A DNA stretch of 64,000 nucleotides from an uncultured virus (IMG/VR IMGVR_UViG_3300042447_001246) (IMGVR_UViG_3300042447_001246), one strand, 5' to 3'; positions 1 to 9,820 are shown, counted from the first letter of the stretch. Program-made: numbers and translations. The notes: generated by a model from the letters alone, not told the origin.

Positions 1-2
1 CA

Positions 3-299
3 GCCGAGAATGCTGCAAAGACACTGGAAAAGGGAATTGGTGTAATCGTAACAGGACGCCTTGAACAGCGTTCATGGGACGACAAAGAGACAGGTCAAAA
101 GCGTTCAACAGTCGAAGTTATTGCAGACGAAATTGCAATTAACACTCGCAGTGTTGAAACTGTTGTCCGTCGCACCAAGCAGGACGGTGGTCAAGCGCAG
201 GGCGGTTCATCCGCTCCGGCACAGCGCCGCTCAAAGCCAGCAGCATCAAACCGCCAGCCAGTAGGCGTCGGCGTAGATGGTGAATCAGAACCATTCTGA
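3..299 (+). CDS. ssb: single-stranded DNA-binding protein, C-terminal part (5' truncated by window edge)
   Basis: Frame from nt 3 reads AENAAKTLEKGIGVIVTGRLEQRSWDDKETGQKRSTVEVIADEI...DGESEPF*, an OB-fold SSB signature with acidic ...PF tail; not in ORF track because the start is outside the window. Confidence 0.93.
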   Translation, partial: AENAAKTLEKGIGVIVTGRLEQRSWDDKETGQKRSTVEVIADEIAINTRSVETVVRRTKQDGGQAQGGSSAPAQRRSKPAASNRQPVGVGVDGESEPF

Positions 300-319
300 T
301 TCCTGCTATTTAAATAAAC

Positions 320-367
320 AAAACCCTCGTTAATTTCGTGCAGAGACGCGAAGACGAGGGTTTTTTT
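320..367. terminator. intrinsic terminator, probably bidirectional
   Basis: aaaaccctcgt...acgagggttttttt stem with inner ttcgtg/cgcgaa stem, lying between convergent ssb and ORF 366..551. Confidence 0.75.
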
Positions 368-551
368 ATGCTCTTTTTAAGCCATGCAATATTTTCGTAA
401 GTTCATCGCCGTCAAACGGAATGGCATAAGCATCGACATAGTTCTTAGCATCCAAAAGCATGTCTATGACCTCCGCCACTGGGACTGAAGACCTAGGGTC
501 TTTGACTAATTGCTTTGAAAGCCGCTGTAAGTGAGTATCTATGGAATCCAT
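366..551 (-). CDS. hypothetical protein (61 aa)
   Basis: ATG preceded by TATACT 6 nt upstream (leaderless layout); ends at the terminator. Confidence 0.6.
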   Translation of the reverse strand: MDSIDTHLQRLSKQLVKDPRSSVPVAEVIDMLLDAKNYVDAYAIPFDGDELTKILHGLKRA

Positions 552-661
552 GGGTTAAGTATAAACATAAAAAATATCTGCTTTGGGGTTGCCAATGTAT
601 TTTTTAGTTATTAATATCTAAGTCAACCTACAAATAGACGGACATAAAGGAGTTATTACTA

Positions 662-871
662 ATGTCTGAATACAATAAACTAAAGAACAGCGGACTTGGT
701 CGCGGTCGACCGAAACTCAAAGAGGAAGAGCGTGTTCTGCGCAAGCAGATGAATTCTGTTCGCCAGGAAGCCCGCAGGCGTGCTCATCTCGTTCTTCAGC
801 ATCGCCATCAAGTTGAGTATGACGAGATTTTCCAAGAAGAACTTAAATCCCTTTTCAAAAAGGGACGCTAG
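662..871 (+). CDS. small basic DNA-binding protein with AT-hook-like motif
   Basis: Strong RBS AAGGAG; GRGRPK motif followed by a basic helix. Confidence 0.65.
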   Translation: MSEYNKLKNSGLGRGRPKLKEEERVLRKQMNSVRQEARRRAHLVLQHRHQVEYDEIFQEELKSLFKKGR

Positions 872-883
872 TCAGATTCTTGT

Positions 884-916
884 TCCCTGGTGGCTTCATA
901 TGCCTCCAGGGACTTT
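884..916 (+). terminator. putative terminator hairpin
   Basis: tccctgg-t-ggc / gcc-t-ccaggga stem directly after the stop of 662..871; only a short U tract. Confidence 0.4.
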
Positions 917-970
917 GCATCATGAACTAATTCTCCAGTTTTAAATCTAAGAACAAGGGGCGGAGGTTCT

Positions 971-1171
971 TCAGGGGTAGTCAATGTTCCCACTTTTCAT
1001 TGAGCCTCTACCCTTTTTTGAGGGCTTCATGACTTTTGACTTTGATTTTCCATACTGAGATTCTAGCCATTCGTCGAAGTCTTCTACTTCTCCGGGCTTA
1101 GAAATAACGTATTTTTCGTATTGCTTTATTAAGCCAATAAGCTCATCGTCTTCTTCATCAAATCGTGGCAT
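971..1171 (-). CDS. hypothetical protein (66 aa, MPRFDEEDD...)
   Basis: ATG at 1171 lies right after the stop of 1174..1683; the longer track ORF to 1309 overlaps the neighbour. Confidence 0.6.
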   Translation of the reverse strand: MPRFDEEDDELIGLIKQYEKYVISKPGEVEDFDEWLESQYGKSKSKVMKPSKKGRGSMKSGNIDYP

Positions 1172-1173
1172 TT

Positions 1174-1683
1174 CTATCTGGACCTTCGCGCTCTTCTTCC
1201 AGCTTTTGCCGCTCTCATCGTATTTGGAACGAATTGTTTTCCTTTTTTGCTTCCGGCAATCTTTTTCCTGTTTGTTGCATTTTTTTGTGCTGGTGTTAGT
1301 TTTTCCCATGCCGCTGCAGGAAGATATCTACGCATTCCGTCTGGTCGGTTTGCTGGCTTACCATCGCTGGTAGTCCATTTTTCTTTCGTCCACTTCTTTA
1401 GAGACCTCTGAGTCTTGCTTAATCCGCCGCGATAACCGCCACCAGCTTTTCTGTACTGCACAGCAAGCAATTGAGCTTTTCTGGCAGACCACTGGCCAGG
1501 TTTGCCGCCATCAGAGCCGGCAAGAATGCGAGATTTAATTCTTTCTCGTAGCTCCGGTTTTGTGTATGAGTTTTTTGCTGATTTTTCCATTAACTCGGAA
1601 TCAACACCAGCTAAAAATTCGCCAACAGCCTGCTCAACCCACTCCGGGCCGTAATCTTCTGATTTATCTTGTCTGCTGGCCAT
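1174..1683 (-). CDS. conserved basic phage protein (DUF5872-like)
   Basis: YTKPELRERIK...GGKPGQWSARKAQL...GGGY...WTKEKW...RYLP motifs typical of this phage family (recalled, not searched); RBS GGAG. Confidence 0.75.
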   Translation of the reverse strand: MASRQDKSEDYGPEWVEQAVGEFLAGVDSELMEKSAKNSYTKPELRERIKSRILAGSDGGKPGQWSARKAQLLAVQYRKAGGGYRGGLSKTQRSLKKWTKEKWTTSDGKPANRPDGMRRYLPAAAWEKLTPAQKNATNRKKIAGSKKGKQFVPNTMRAAKAGRRARRSR

Positions 1684-1737
1684 TTGTTTCTCCGCTTAAA
1701 ATAATACGCGATATAGAAGCGGATTCGTGTTAAGTGT

Positions 1738-2037
1738 TTATTGCAGTCTTTGACCGCATTTTAAGCAGGTAACAGACCATGGGTAGCGCCTGACCGAAGG
1801 GTGCTCACATTCAAGTAGCGTCTTTGCCTTCGCATTTAGCACGTCTCGTATCCACGCCGACATGGTTTTACCATCGACGGCCGCAGCCTGCCTCCAGCGC
1901 TCCCTGACCTCGTCCGTGGTTCTGATTAGGACCGATGTGTTGGTTGGTCCTTCGTCTTCTTTTTCTAGTGGTCTTACCGACAAATCTGTCGAATCAGCGA
2001 CGGCCTTCATTGCAGCTTCAAGGTTGCTGTCACTCAT
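1738..2037 (-). CDS. putative ribbon-helix-helix DNA-binding protein with C-terminal Zn ribbon
   Basis: VLIRTTDEVRERWRQAAAVDGKTMSAWIRDVL (RHH-like) followed by CEH...CLKC. Confidence 0.6.
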   Translation of the reverse strand: MSDSNLEAAMKAVADSTDLSVRPLEKEDEGPTNTSVLIRTTDEVRERWRQAAAVDGKTMSAWIRDVLNAKAKTLLECEHPSVRRYPWSVTCLKCGQRLQ

Positions 2038-2671
2038 CTGTTTCCTCTTCGTTTGGTTCTTCTTCTACGGATACTATCTCAGCATCAACGATGTCTGCTT
2101 CACCCAACATTTGTCTCACAGCGCTTTCTGGGAGAACTCCAGACATCCCCATTAGTTGAAGAAGTTGCCTTGCTTCTGATTCTGGGTCAAATGTATTTCC
2201 AATTTGCTTGAGCTGTTCAGAGCCAGCAAGTGTTGCCTTTATCGTTTCGCTCGTCTTATTCCCAACATCCATCTGAACGCTGATGTTGGTTTGGTCCATG
2301 CCTAGAAGTTTTGTGCGCCTATCCATGATGGAAAGAACCTGCTGTATCGCCTTCAAGTCCGGCTCAACGGCAACTTCTGTTCCATCATCCATCACCTGTC
2401 TTCTGTGTTGGGTTAATGGCCAAATTGCCTGCTGAAGACTGTCCAGTCTTTCAAGTTCAAGCCGAAGAACTTCCGGGTAAGCCATCAAGGTCTCGCGGTT
2501 CATTTTCTCTAACTGACGAGAAATTGCTTTAGACACAGCGCTCGTTGTCATTCCAAAACGTCTTGCTATTTCGGATGTCGAAGTGCCAGCTTGGCGAAGC
2601 TTAAATATTCGCATGTCTCTTTCACCAAGAAACTCACGCGTAGCAATTTTATTGCTTTTGTCTTCGCTCAT
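2030..2671 (-). CDS. HTH protein, candidate terminase small subunit
   Basis: N-terminal HTH (LRQAGTSTSEIARRFGMTTSAVSKAI) then LELERLD...AIQQVLSIMDRRTKLLGMD, a pattern typical of actinophage TerS-like proteins. Confidence 0.55.
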   Translation of the reverse strand: MSEDKSNKIATREFLGERDMRIFKLRQAGTSTSEIARRFGMTTSAVSKAISRQLEKMNRETLMAYPEVLRLELERLDSLQQAIWPLTQHRRQVMDDGTEVAVEPDLKAIQQVLSIMDRRTKLLGMDQTNISVQMDVGNKTSETIKATLAGSEQLKQIGNTFDPESEARQLLQLMGMSGVLPESAVRQMLGEADIVDAEIVSVEEEPNEEETDE

Positions 2672-2688
2672 TACCCTATCTTAGTGAC

Positions 2689-4515
2689 TTATTTGTCAAC
2701 TTTCATGAACTCAATCACTTCGAACGGGAATACCTTGCCTCGTTTGATTTTCAAAGGCCACTGACGTTGGTCGCGAGCTCCTCTGAAGTGCCGAACGTCG
2801 TAAACGTATGGCTCGTTGGCTGTCGGGTCCGGTTGAAGAGAAATACCAAACTCCGGCCAGCGCGACCAAACAGCAGAACCAAAAGGACGCAATTCTCTTG
2901 TATTAAGAGTTGTTCCAAGTGGTGCGTGGTGCTCGAGCCAAAGAGCGCATCCATAAACTGTTCTAATTGTGTCTAGGTACTTGGCAACCTCAACAGCAAT
3001 GGCCTCTGAGGTTCGTCCGCCTGGGTCGACGAATGCCTTATACAAAGGACCCATCACCAAAATGTCTGGCTTGACTCGCTCAATCGCTTCTTCAAGAATC
3101 AATCTGTCTTCTGGCTTCAATAGGTCCATTCCAGACGGTTTGGTTAAAACCTCTCCATAAACCCTGGCGACATGTCCGCGACGCATTGCTTGCGTAAGGA
3201 TTGCAGAAGATGCTCTTCGAATAATTCGCTCAGGGTTTTCAAGGTCAACGGTCAAAGTTACGACGGGCTTCATCTGCCCGTACGTGAAAGGGTGAATACC
3301 AGCAGCAGCACAAAGCGCAACTTGCCGCGCGAGCATAGTCTTGCCAACGCCTTCGGCAGCAACAACGATTACTCTTTCGCCACGTTCAAGAAGACCAGGA
3401 ATAACCCAGTCGTAAGATTCATCAACCTGCTCCGCAATAAAGTCGTTCCATTGAACCAGTCTGCCTGGGTCCGTGATTTGCTTCGATGTAGTTGCAGAAA
3501 GAATCATCGACATTTTTGAAACCATTTGACCAGGACTTAAGTCCTCCCTACCAAATAGTTCTTGAATCTTTACGAGCGCCGAATCAAAAACAGATTCTTT
3601 CTTTTCTTCGATTGGCTCGCTATCTTCTTGAAATTCATTTTCGACATTTTCAACATGCTCTGATTCATTTTCTTCAGATGGCGAAAATGCGACAAGTGTC
3701 TCAAATGTCCCACCTGAAGATAGGTGGTCAGTAATGTCTTTTACATCTGGGCAAACCCATGCCTGCGCATCGCACCCTGCATCTGTTAAGACTTTCAGCA
3801 GTTTTGAAGCATGCTCTCTTCCAGGGGCATCGTTATCTGCGACGATGTCTACAACTGCGCCTTTAAGCGCTTCTGTGTGGATGTCGAGCCAGTGTCCAGC
3901 TCCACCGGGCATTGTTGTTGCAACATACCCCAACGCAATAAGTGTGTCTGCGTCTTTCTCTCCCTCAACTACCCAAATTGGCGTTCCAGAATCTTTTGCA
4001 GCAAGAACAGCTGGAAGATTGTAGAGAATTTTTGGAACTTCTGAAAGCGAATATGACCATCCGCCATTCTCAACCGGTTTTCTCTGTCGAAAAGTCTTAA
4101 CACCATCCTGATTTGTATATCGAACTTTTTGAAACAGCAATTCACCAGATTCGTCGATGTAGTCATAAGAGCAAACAAATTTAAGCTCCTCTTTAATGAT
4201 GGGCTTTGGCGCCTGCGTTGACGTTTGTTGTTTTTCTTTTTTAACAATTGGCTTTTCGTAAATTGTGCTCGTGCCGTTTTGGGGCATTATGTCGGAAATC
4301 GCTAAACCAACCGAAGCACATATCTCTGCGACATCGCACCCATTGCCTCTATGGCAATGAACCAAAACGCGACCATCTGTTCCCTCACTTACAGAAAGAG
4401 ATGGGTTGTTATCGTCATTCCTGCAAGGGCAGCGTGCCATAAAGTTCCCGCCACTTTGCCTGACCCCATCAAGTCTGTCAAGGAAGTTCTGGACGATTGG
4501 TCCGGGCGTTGTCAC
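2689..4515 (-). CDS. DNA primase-helicase (Zn finger, TOPRIM, RepA/AAA_25-like helicase)
   Basis: CPC...HCH..C zinc finger; VVEGEKDAD and DND TOPRIM motifs; Walker A AAEGVGKT. Confidence 0.9.
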   Translation of the reverse strand: MTTPGPIVQNFLDRLDGVRQSGGNFMARCPCRNDDNNPSLSVSEGTDGRVLVHCHRGNGCDVAEICASVGLAISDIMPQNGTSTIYEKPIVKKEKQQTSTQAPKPIIKEELKFVCSYDYIDESGELLFQKVRYTNQDGVKTFRQRKPVENGGWSYSLSEVPKILYNLPAVLAAKDSGTPIWVVEGEKDADTLIALGYVATTMPGGAGHWLDIHTEALKGAVVDIVADNDAPGREHASKLLKVLTDAGCDAQAWVCPDVKDITDHLSSGGTFETLVAFSPSEENESEHVENVENEFQEDSEPIEEKKESVFDSALVKIQELFGREDLSPGQMVSKMSMILSATTSKQITDPGRLVQWNDFIAEQVDESYDWVIPGLLERGERVIVVAAEGVGKTMLARQVALCAAAGIHPFTYGQMKPVVTLTVDLENPERIIRRASSAILTQAMRRGHVARVYGEVLTKPSGMDLLKPEDRLILEEAIERVKPDILVMGPLYKAFVDPGGRTSEAIAVEVAKYLDTIRTVYGCALWLEHHAPLGTTLNTRELRPFGSAVWSRWPEFGISLQPDPTANEPYVYDVRHFRGARDQRQWPLKIKRGKVFPFEVIEFMKVDK

Positions 4516-4904
4516 TGTGCTTCCCGCAGGGCTTTCTTTATTGCCGCATCCTTAAGGCGATAGTTGCCCTTATATGCAAACCCATTGGCGTTTCGCCTTC
4601 CGATTCCAGGAAGGAAAATTCTTGCTTCTCGAGATAGGAGAATCCCTTTGTCACTTCTCATCATTGCGCGTTCAGCTTCTGTTTTCCCTCCCCAAATACC
4701 AATTGGTTCATGACGAAGTGAATACTCAAGACAGTGCTCCATTGATGGGCATGAGTTGCAAAGCTCAATTGCTTCTTTTGTATCTGCCCTAAATTTAAGC
4801 CACTGTTCCCTTGGCAAACCTTTTTCGATTACTGGGAACCACTTGTCAACATCGTGTCCTTTGCAGTTTCCCTCTGCTGGCGGCGCATCGTAGTTTGGCA
4901 ACAA
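4512..4904 (-). CDS. whiB: WhiB family Fe-S transcription regulator
   Basis: C...WFP...CNSC....C and GIWGG turn motif. Confidence 0.92.
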   Translation of the reverse strand: MLPNYDAPPAEGNCKGHDVDKWFPVIEKGLPREQWLKFRADTKEAIELCNSCPSMEHCLEYSLRHEPIGIWGGKTEAERAMMRSDKGILLSREARIFLPGIGRRNANGFAYKGNYRLKDAAIKKALREAQ

Positions 4905-4913
4905 TTCAACTCC

Positions 4914-5336
4914 TTACGTCGGATTAGGTTTGGTTATCCTAGCGACGTCGGATGAAGAAAGAAATACCAGAGCGTGTTTTACTACAAGATTTCCGGAGAT
5001 GTCTGTTGCGACAATATCTATTGCTTCTAATGGTATTTTAAACTTTGAAGCAATTGCAGCTTTCATTTTGCTTATATCAATTTCTTCTTCAACAAATTTT
5101 ACATTGTCATCAATGTCTGTTGGAATGGCTCCGGCGGTAAGAGCTTTCATTTCGCCATCTTTTTCCACAGCACGAAGACACCATGCACAAGCTAATTTTG
5201 GCGTCGAAGCAGCGCGCGCACGTGTTTCAGTGTGCCCACAAGAAAGCAAGTGTCGGTATTCGACTTTTCCCCAAGCACCCTCACGGGTAATTTGAACCAC
5301 ATCTTGGCGTGGCGCTTTGCGATGTTCAGTTGTCAC
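4914..5336 (-). CDS. hypothetical protein with Zn-ribbon-like Cys motif
   Basis: LSCGH...CAWC; GTG start 8 nt after CATAAT. Confidence 0.65.
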   Translation of the reverse strand: MTTEHRKAPRQDVVQITREGAWGKVEYRHLLSCGHTETRARAASTPKLACAWCLRAVEKDGEMKALTAGAIPTDIDDNVKFVEEEIDISKMKAAIASKFKIPLEAIDIVATDISGNLVVKHALVFLSSSDVARITKPNPT

Positions 5337-5363
5337 AGCCCACCATTATGGTGGAAGAGGAAG

Positions 5364-5627
5364 TTATTTTGCGATACCCTTAAACAACTTTCGCAACCAC
5401 TTCTTCAAGCCGCGAGCATCAACTGATACTTGCGCTGGAATGCTGTCGATAAGTTGTTCAATTTTGTCTGCATGCTCAGCCACTTGCTTTGCTGCTACTG
5501 CTTCTACGAAGTCTTCTGCTTTTGCAAAAGTGCTTTTTGGAGCAGCCTTCTTTGCAGGAGCCTTCTTTGCGGCAGCCTTCTTTGCAGGGGCCTTTTTTGC
5601 TGTTGTCTTTTTCTTTGATGTTGCCAT
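5364..5627 (-). CDS. small histone H1-like (AKKA repeat) basic protein
   Basis: MATSKKKTTAKKAPAKKAAAKKAPAKKAAPK; likely start is ATG 5627, 7 nt after TAAAGT. Confidence 0.7.
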   Translation of the reverse strand: MATSKKKTTAKKAPAKKAAAKKAPAKKAAPKSTFAKAEDFVEAVAAKQVAEHADKIEQLIDSIPAQVSVDARGLKKWLRKLFKGIAK

Positions 5628-5708
5628 GACCTTGACTTTATCAAACCATTTACCACCGTGGCGGAACCACCTCCCCTGTAGAAGCGCGGTCCGACCTAGG
5701 CTGTTGCC

Positions 5709-6356
5709 GTGGAAGGCTCTTATGACAATGATTATAGTAAAATAGCTCTTGCTATAACTGCCGCCCAACTAGCAAAGTCGACCAGCGTAAAAGAATTCGG
5801 AATCGGCGAAGACCTGGCTATCAATTTTTTTGGCTGGGATGAAGAGCGACTAGCCATTGTCTGCCAGATAAGGCAGGATTTGATGAAGATTGACCCAGAA
5901 GAGCGTTTAGCACGCTGTACGGAGCTCTGTGCGGTTCTCAGGCGATACTGGGGGGTGTCTTCGATAACAATGGTGGCCGAGGGTTACTGTTCTGCAGATA
6001 TGGCCGAGACAGAGGGTTTATCGCTAGCAGATGCATTTCTGGACGCATCAAAACCAGTGAAAGAGTGCATTACGGTAACAAACGTCACTTTAGACCAGAA
6101 GGCCGTAGAGGATGGCGGTTTTGTGACTACAATTCTTGCCGTTCCTTATGCATACGAGCTGGGACGGACACTGAAGTGGTTTGACACCCTCATCTACACC
6201 AATGGTGGAGGCAAGAATTTTAGGAATTCAAAGTATCCACAGTCAATGAGGCGAGCCTTGAAAAACAAGGTTGTTGACGACCTCCCGGACGAGGCATACG
6301 AGGAGCTGGTAAGCCTGATTAATTCAAATGGATTTCATATACAAGAATTTTATTAA
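5709..6356 (+). CDS. hypothetical protein (215 aa)
   Basis: Long ORF with protein-like composition; GTG 6 nt after TAGGCT. Confidence 0.75.
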   Translation: MEGSYDNDYSKIALAITAAQLAKSTSVKEFGIGEDLAINFFGWDEERLAIVCQIRQDLMKIDPEERLARCTELCAVLRRYWGVSSITMVAEGYCSADMAETEGLSLADAFLDASKPVKECITVTNVTLDQKAVEDGGFVTTILAVPYAYELGRTLKWFDTLIYTNGGGKNFRNSKYPQSMRRALKNKVVDDLPDEAYEELVSLINSNGFHIQEFY

Positions 6357-6371
6357 AGTATAATAATTCAA

Positions 6372-6710
6372 ATGCCATTTTATGACAACTCATACGACGA
6401 CTTGTATGGTCGTTCGCGCAATCTATTCGACAACGTCACAATTCTGCCAGCTGATAGGACTCCGTGCCTCGTGTGTGGGCATCCAACTGGGGACTGTGCT
6501 GGGGATAACTCATCCCATACGAGGATAGCTGGGTTCGGAATGATTGAATCACTTAAAGTTGTTCAAACTTTTTTGGTAGAAGAAGACATACACGAAGAGA
6601 GACAAATAACACCTTCGATAAAAACAAAAGTTCTGTTGCACAAGAAGGGTAAACAGATACCATATGCCGAAGCCGAGCGACTTGGGTTAATAAAAAAATG
6701 GACAAACTAA
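6372..6710 (+). CDS. hypothetical protein with CxxCGHxxGxC motif
   Basis: CLVCGHPTGDC; ATG 7 nt after TATAAT. Confidence 0.7.
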   Translation: MPFYDNSYDDLYGRSRNLFDNVTILPADRTPCLVCGHPTGDCAGDNSSHTRIAGFGMIESLKVVQTFLVEEDIHEERQITPSIKTKVLLHKKGKQIPYAEAERLGLIKKWTN

Positions 6711-6802
6711 GAGCAAAGTTACTACGACTTTAGACCCTTTCAGTATTCTCGGCTAAGTTAAAATCGATACCTACTCAAATCACTATCACAACAGGACAAA
6801 TC

Positions 6803-8728
6803 ATGACTTCGCTTGACCAATCATTCGTGGATTCGTATTCTCTAAAACAAGCTCCTTGGGGCTTCAACGGTATGGGGGAAATTGTATTTCTTCGTACTTA
6901 CAGCCGCAAGAAAGAAGATGGAAACAACGAAACTTGGCCAGAAACCCTTCAGCGCGTAATCAATGGAGCAATGGAAGTTGGAGTTGAGTACACAAAAGAA
7001 GAAGCAGAGGCACTGTTTGACCACTGCTTTAATCTTCGTTGCTCATTCTCTGGTCGTTCGCTTTGGCAGCTTGGAACGCCTCTTGTTCAGAAGTTCAATG
7101 CAACATCACTTAACAACTGCTACTTCACCAACATCGAAAAGATTGAAGACTTTGAATTGTTGTTCGAATACTTGATGCTTGGTGGTGGCGTTGGCTTCTC
7201 CGTTGAGCGCTCAAAGATTCACGACTTGCCAAAGGTTAAAGCAGGAGTCACAATCACGCACGAACGTTCCAACGATGCAGACATCATTGTCCCTGACTCA
7301 CGTCAAGGTTGGAAGCGTCTCTTGCATGCAGTGTTGAAGTCATATTTCGACACGGGTAAGTCTTTCTCATACTCAACAGTTCTTATCCGTGAATACGGTG
7401 CGCCATTGAAGACATTTGGTGGCACTGCATCTGGCCCAGGAGCACTGATTGATGGTATTGCCGACATTTGCAAAGTGATGCAGAATCGTGAGGGCAAGAA
7501 GCTCCGTTCAATTGATGTCCTAGACATCTGTAACATCATTGGCCGCATTGTGGTTTCAGGCTCATCACGTCGTTCAGCACAGATTGCGATGGGTGACCCG
7601 GACGACGTTCTTTTCCTCCGTGCAAAAAATTGGGCATCTGGGAATATTCCTGCGTGGAGAGCGAACTCCAACAACTCCATATACGCCGACCACTACGACG
7701 AAATCATGTCGGAACTGTGGAAGGGGTACGACGGAACCGGCGAGCCTTACGGCTTGTTGAATCGTCGACTTGCTCGTAAGTTCGGAAGACTTGGTGAAGC
7801 AAAGCCTGACAACTCAATTGAGGGCTTTAACCCTTGTGCTGAAATCGCACTTGCTGATGGAGAGTCGTGCAACTTGGCAACAATATTCCTGCCAAACGTT
7901 GAGTCCCTTGAGCAATTTAAAGAAATCTCAAGCTTGCTCTACAAGACACAAAAGCAAATCACTCGCATGGCTTATCCATACGAAAAGACAACAAACATCG
8001 TGAGCAAGAATGCACGACTTGGTCAGTCTGTTACTGGAATCCTCCAGTGTTCAGAGGAACAAGTTTCGTGGTTGTCCCCTGCTTACGAGTATTTGCAGGA
8101 ATTTGATAAGCAATACTCCGCAGAGCGTGGATGGCCAGCATCAGTTCGTTTGACGACCGTTCAGCCATCAGGAACGCTTTCATTACTTCCTGGAGTGACT
8201 CCTGGAATTCACCCTGCATTTGCTCCTTTCTATGTGAGACGTGTTCGCTTTGGTTCTTCAGACCCACTCGTTGAGGCTTGTCGCAAGCGTGGATACAAGA
8301 TTCAGTGGGATATTGGAATCGACGGCAGAGAAGACCACACTCGCTATGTTGTGGACTTCCCATGCATGTCACCAGAGGGTTCGACACTTGCTGCGGCAAT
8401 GACTGCTGTGCAACAGCTTGAATGGGTAAAGAAGATGCAAACTGAATGGGCAGATAACGCCGTGTCGGTTACTGTCTACTACCGCAAGGAAGAGCTTGGA
8501 GAAATCCAGGAATGGCTTTCAAAGAACTACGACAAGAGCGTTAAGTCAGTTTCGTTCCTGCTCCACGTAGACCACAACTTCTCTCTTCCTCCATATGAAG
8601 AAATCACCAAGGAGGAGTACAACAAGATGCTCGCCAAGGTTGACTTCTCTGCGCCATTGCAAGATGTAACTTTTATGGGTGATTTGGACCTCGACAATTG
8701 CGCAACAGGTGCTTGCCCGATAAAGTAG
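6803..8728 (+). CDS. nrdJ: class II (adenosylcobalamin-dependent) ribonucleotide reductase
   Basis: RTYSR, NNC, GGGVG, RRSA, NPCAEI, ESCNL and TTVQPSGT motifs; C-terminal redox pair CATGACPIK; no NrdB nearby. Confidence 0.95.
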   Translation: MTSLDQSFVDSYSLKQAPWGFNGMGEIVFLRTYSRKKEDGNNETWPETLQRVINGAMEVGVEYTKEEAEALFDHCFNLRCSFSGRSLWQLGTPLVQKFNATSLNNCYFTNIEKIEDFELLFEYLMLGGGVGFSVERSKIHDLPKVKAGVTITHERSNDADIIVPDSRQGWKRLLHAVLKSYFDTGKSFSYSTVLIREYGAPLKTFGGTASGPGALIDGIADICKVMQNREGKKLRSIDVLDICNIIGRIVVSGSSRRSAQIAMGDPDDVLFLRAKNWASGNIPAWRANSNNSIYADHYDEIMSELWKGYDGTGEPYGLLNRRLARKFGRLGEAKPDNSIEGFNPCAEIALADGESCNLATIFLPNVESLEQFKEISSLLYKTQKQITRMAYPYEKTTNIVSKNARLGQSVTGILQCSEEQVSWLSPAYEYLQEFDKQYSAERGWPASVRLTTVQPSGTLSLLPGVTPGIHPAFAPFYVRRVRFGSSDPLVEACRKRGYKIQWDIGIDGREDHTRYVVDFPCMSPEGSTLAAAMTAVQQLEWVKKMQTEWADNAVSVTVYYRKEELGEIQEWLSKNYDKSVKSVSFLLHVDHNFSLPPYEEITKEEYNKMLAKVDFSAPLQDVTFMGDLDLDNCATGACPIK

Positions 8729-8732
8729 AGGC

Positions 8733-9365
8733 ATGGCAGGAAGAAAACCAATACCAGAAGAAGAACGTTTTTGGGAAAAAGTGGACAAGTCTGGACCAAA
8801 TCCAAATTATCCAGATTGCTGGGAATGGACTGCGCATAAGGTAAAAAAATACGGTCATTTTGTATGCAAGCAAGATGGAGTCAATAAAAAACTTGGCGCC
8901 CACGTATACAGCTGGCAAAAAGCAAATGGTAAGCGGGTGCCGAAAGGGCTTGAAGTCTGCCATACCTGCAATAACCCACCATGCGTTCGCCCTGACCACC
9001 TAGAGGCCGAGACTCGTTCCCATAATCAGCGTTATTCTGTTACGAACGGCAACAACACGCAGAGAAAAAAAACACACTGCCCATATGGACATCCATACGA
9101 TGAAGCGAACACAATCAAAAAAATAAGCAAACATACCGGTCTTGATACACGAGATTGCAGGACTTGTCAAAAGAGATGGAAGAAAGAACGCGTTGCACGC
9201 AGACAGAAGGAAAAGGGAATAGAACCCAAAAAACCAAATCACTGCAGAAAGGGTCACGACTTCAGCGTTTACGGGGAGAAGTGGTACGTAAAAAAAAGCG
9301 GACGCCCATACCGAACGTGCGTAGAGTGTATGCGGATTAGAGAGAGAAAGAGGAGAAATGGCTAA
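8733..9365 (+). CDS. HNH endonuclease with two C-terminal Cys/His Zn modules
   Basis: RFWEKVDK..CWEW..YG..AH..VCHTCNNPPCVRPDHL; THCPYGH...CRTC and NHCRKGH...CVEC. Confidence 0.9.
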   Translation: MAGRKPIPEEERFWEKVDKSGPNPNYPDCWEWTAHKVKKYGHFVCKQDGVNKKLGAHVYSWQKANGKRVPKGLEVCHTCNNPPCVRPDHLEAETRSHNQRYSVTNGNNTQRKKTHCPYGHPYDEANTIKKISKHTGLDTRDCRTCQKRWKKERVARRQKEKGIEPKKPNHCRKGHDFSVYGEKWYVKKSGRPYRTCVECMRIRERKRRNG

Positions 9366-9816
9366 GCACATGCCACATATTGAAAGATTTTTCCAGAAAG
9401 TTGATAAGTCTGGTAATGAAAAGTTTCCGGATTGTTGGATTTGGACTGGTGCGCCAACAAGCAGGAATTATGGTTCTTTTTCCTTCTACACCAAGAAGCC
9501 CGCGATTGGGGCGCATGTATCAAGCTATCTTTTCCACAAGGGCGATGTCCCAAAAGGAATGCTTGTGTGTCATCATTGCGACAACCCACCGTGTGTTAAT
9601 CCAGAGCATTTATTCCTTGATACAAACTCCGGGAACATGAGAGACATGATGAAAAAAGGTAGACATGGCTGGACGAACAGGGAGAGAACCCACTGTAGGC
9701 GTGGTCATGAATTCGAAGTTTTTGGAGTGATAAAGCGCACAAAAAAAGATGGGACAAGCTACCGTACATGCAAAGAATGCATAAAAATAAATAGAAAGAA
9801 CAACAAGAATAAGTAA
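9358..9816 (+). CDS. HNH endonuclease with one C-terminal Zn module
   Basis: CWIW..YG..AH..VCHHCDNPPCVNPEHL...N; THCRRGH...CKEC. Confidence 0.9.
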   Translation: MAKHMPHIERFFQKVDKSGNEKFPDCWIWTGAPTSRNYGSFSFYTKKPAIGAHVSSYLFHKGDVPKGMLVCHHCDNPPCVNPEHLFLDTNSGNMRDMMKKGRHGWTNRERTHCRRGHEFEVFGVIKRTKKDGTSYRTCKECIKINRKNNKNK

Positions 9817-9820
9817 ATAT

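Noticed and set aside
61..264. Track ORF of 67 aa
   Set aside because: Out-of-frame shadow of ssb (3..299)
6803..8728. Possible intein or intron in nrdJ (also considered for terL and primase-helicase)
   Set aside because: ORFs are uninterrupted and of ordinary length, with no C/S...HN splice motifs or LAGLIDADG insert seen
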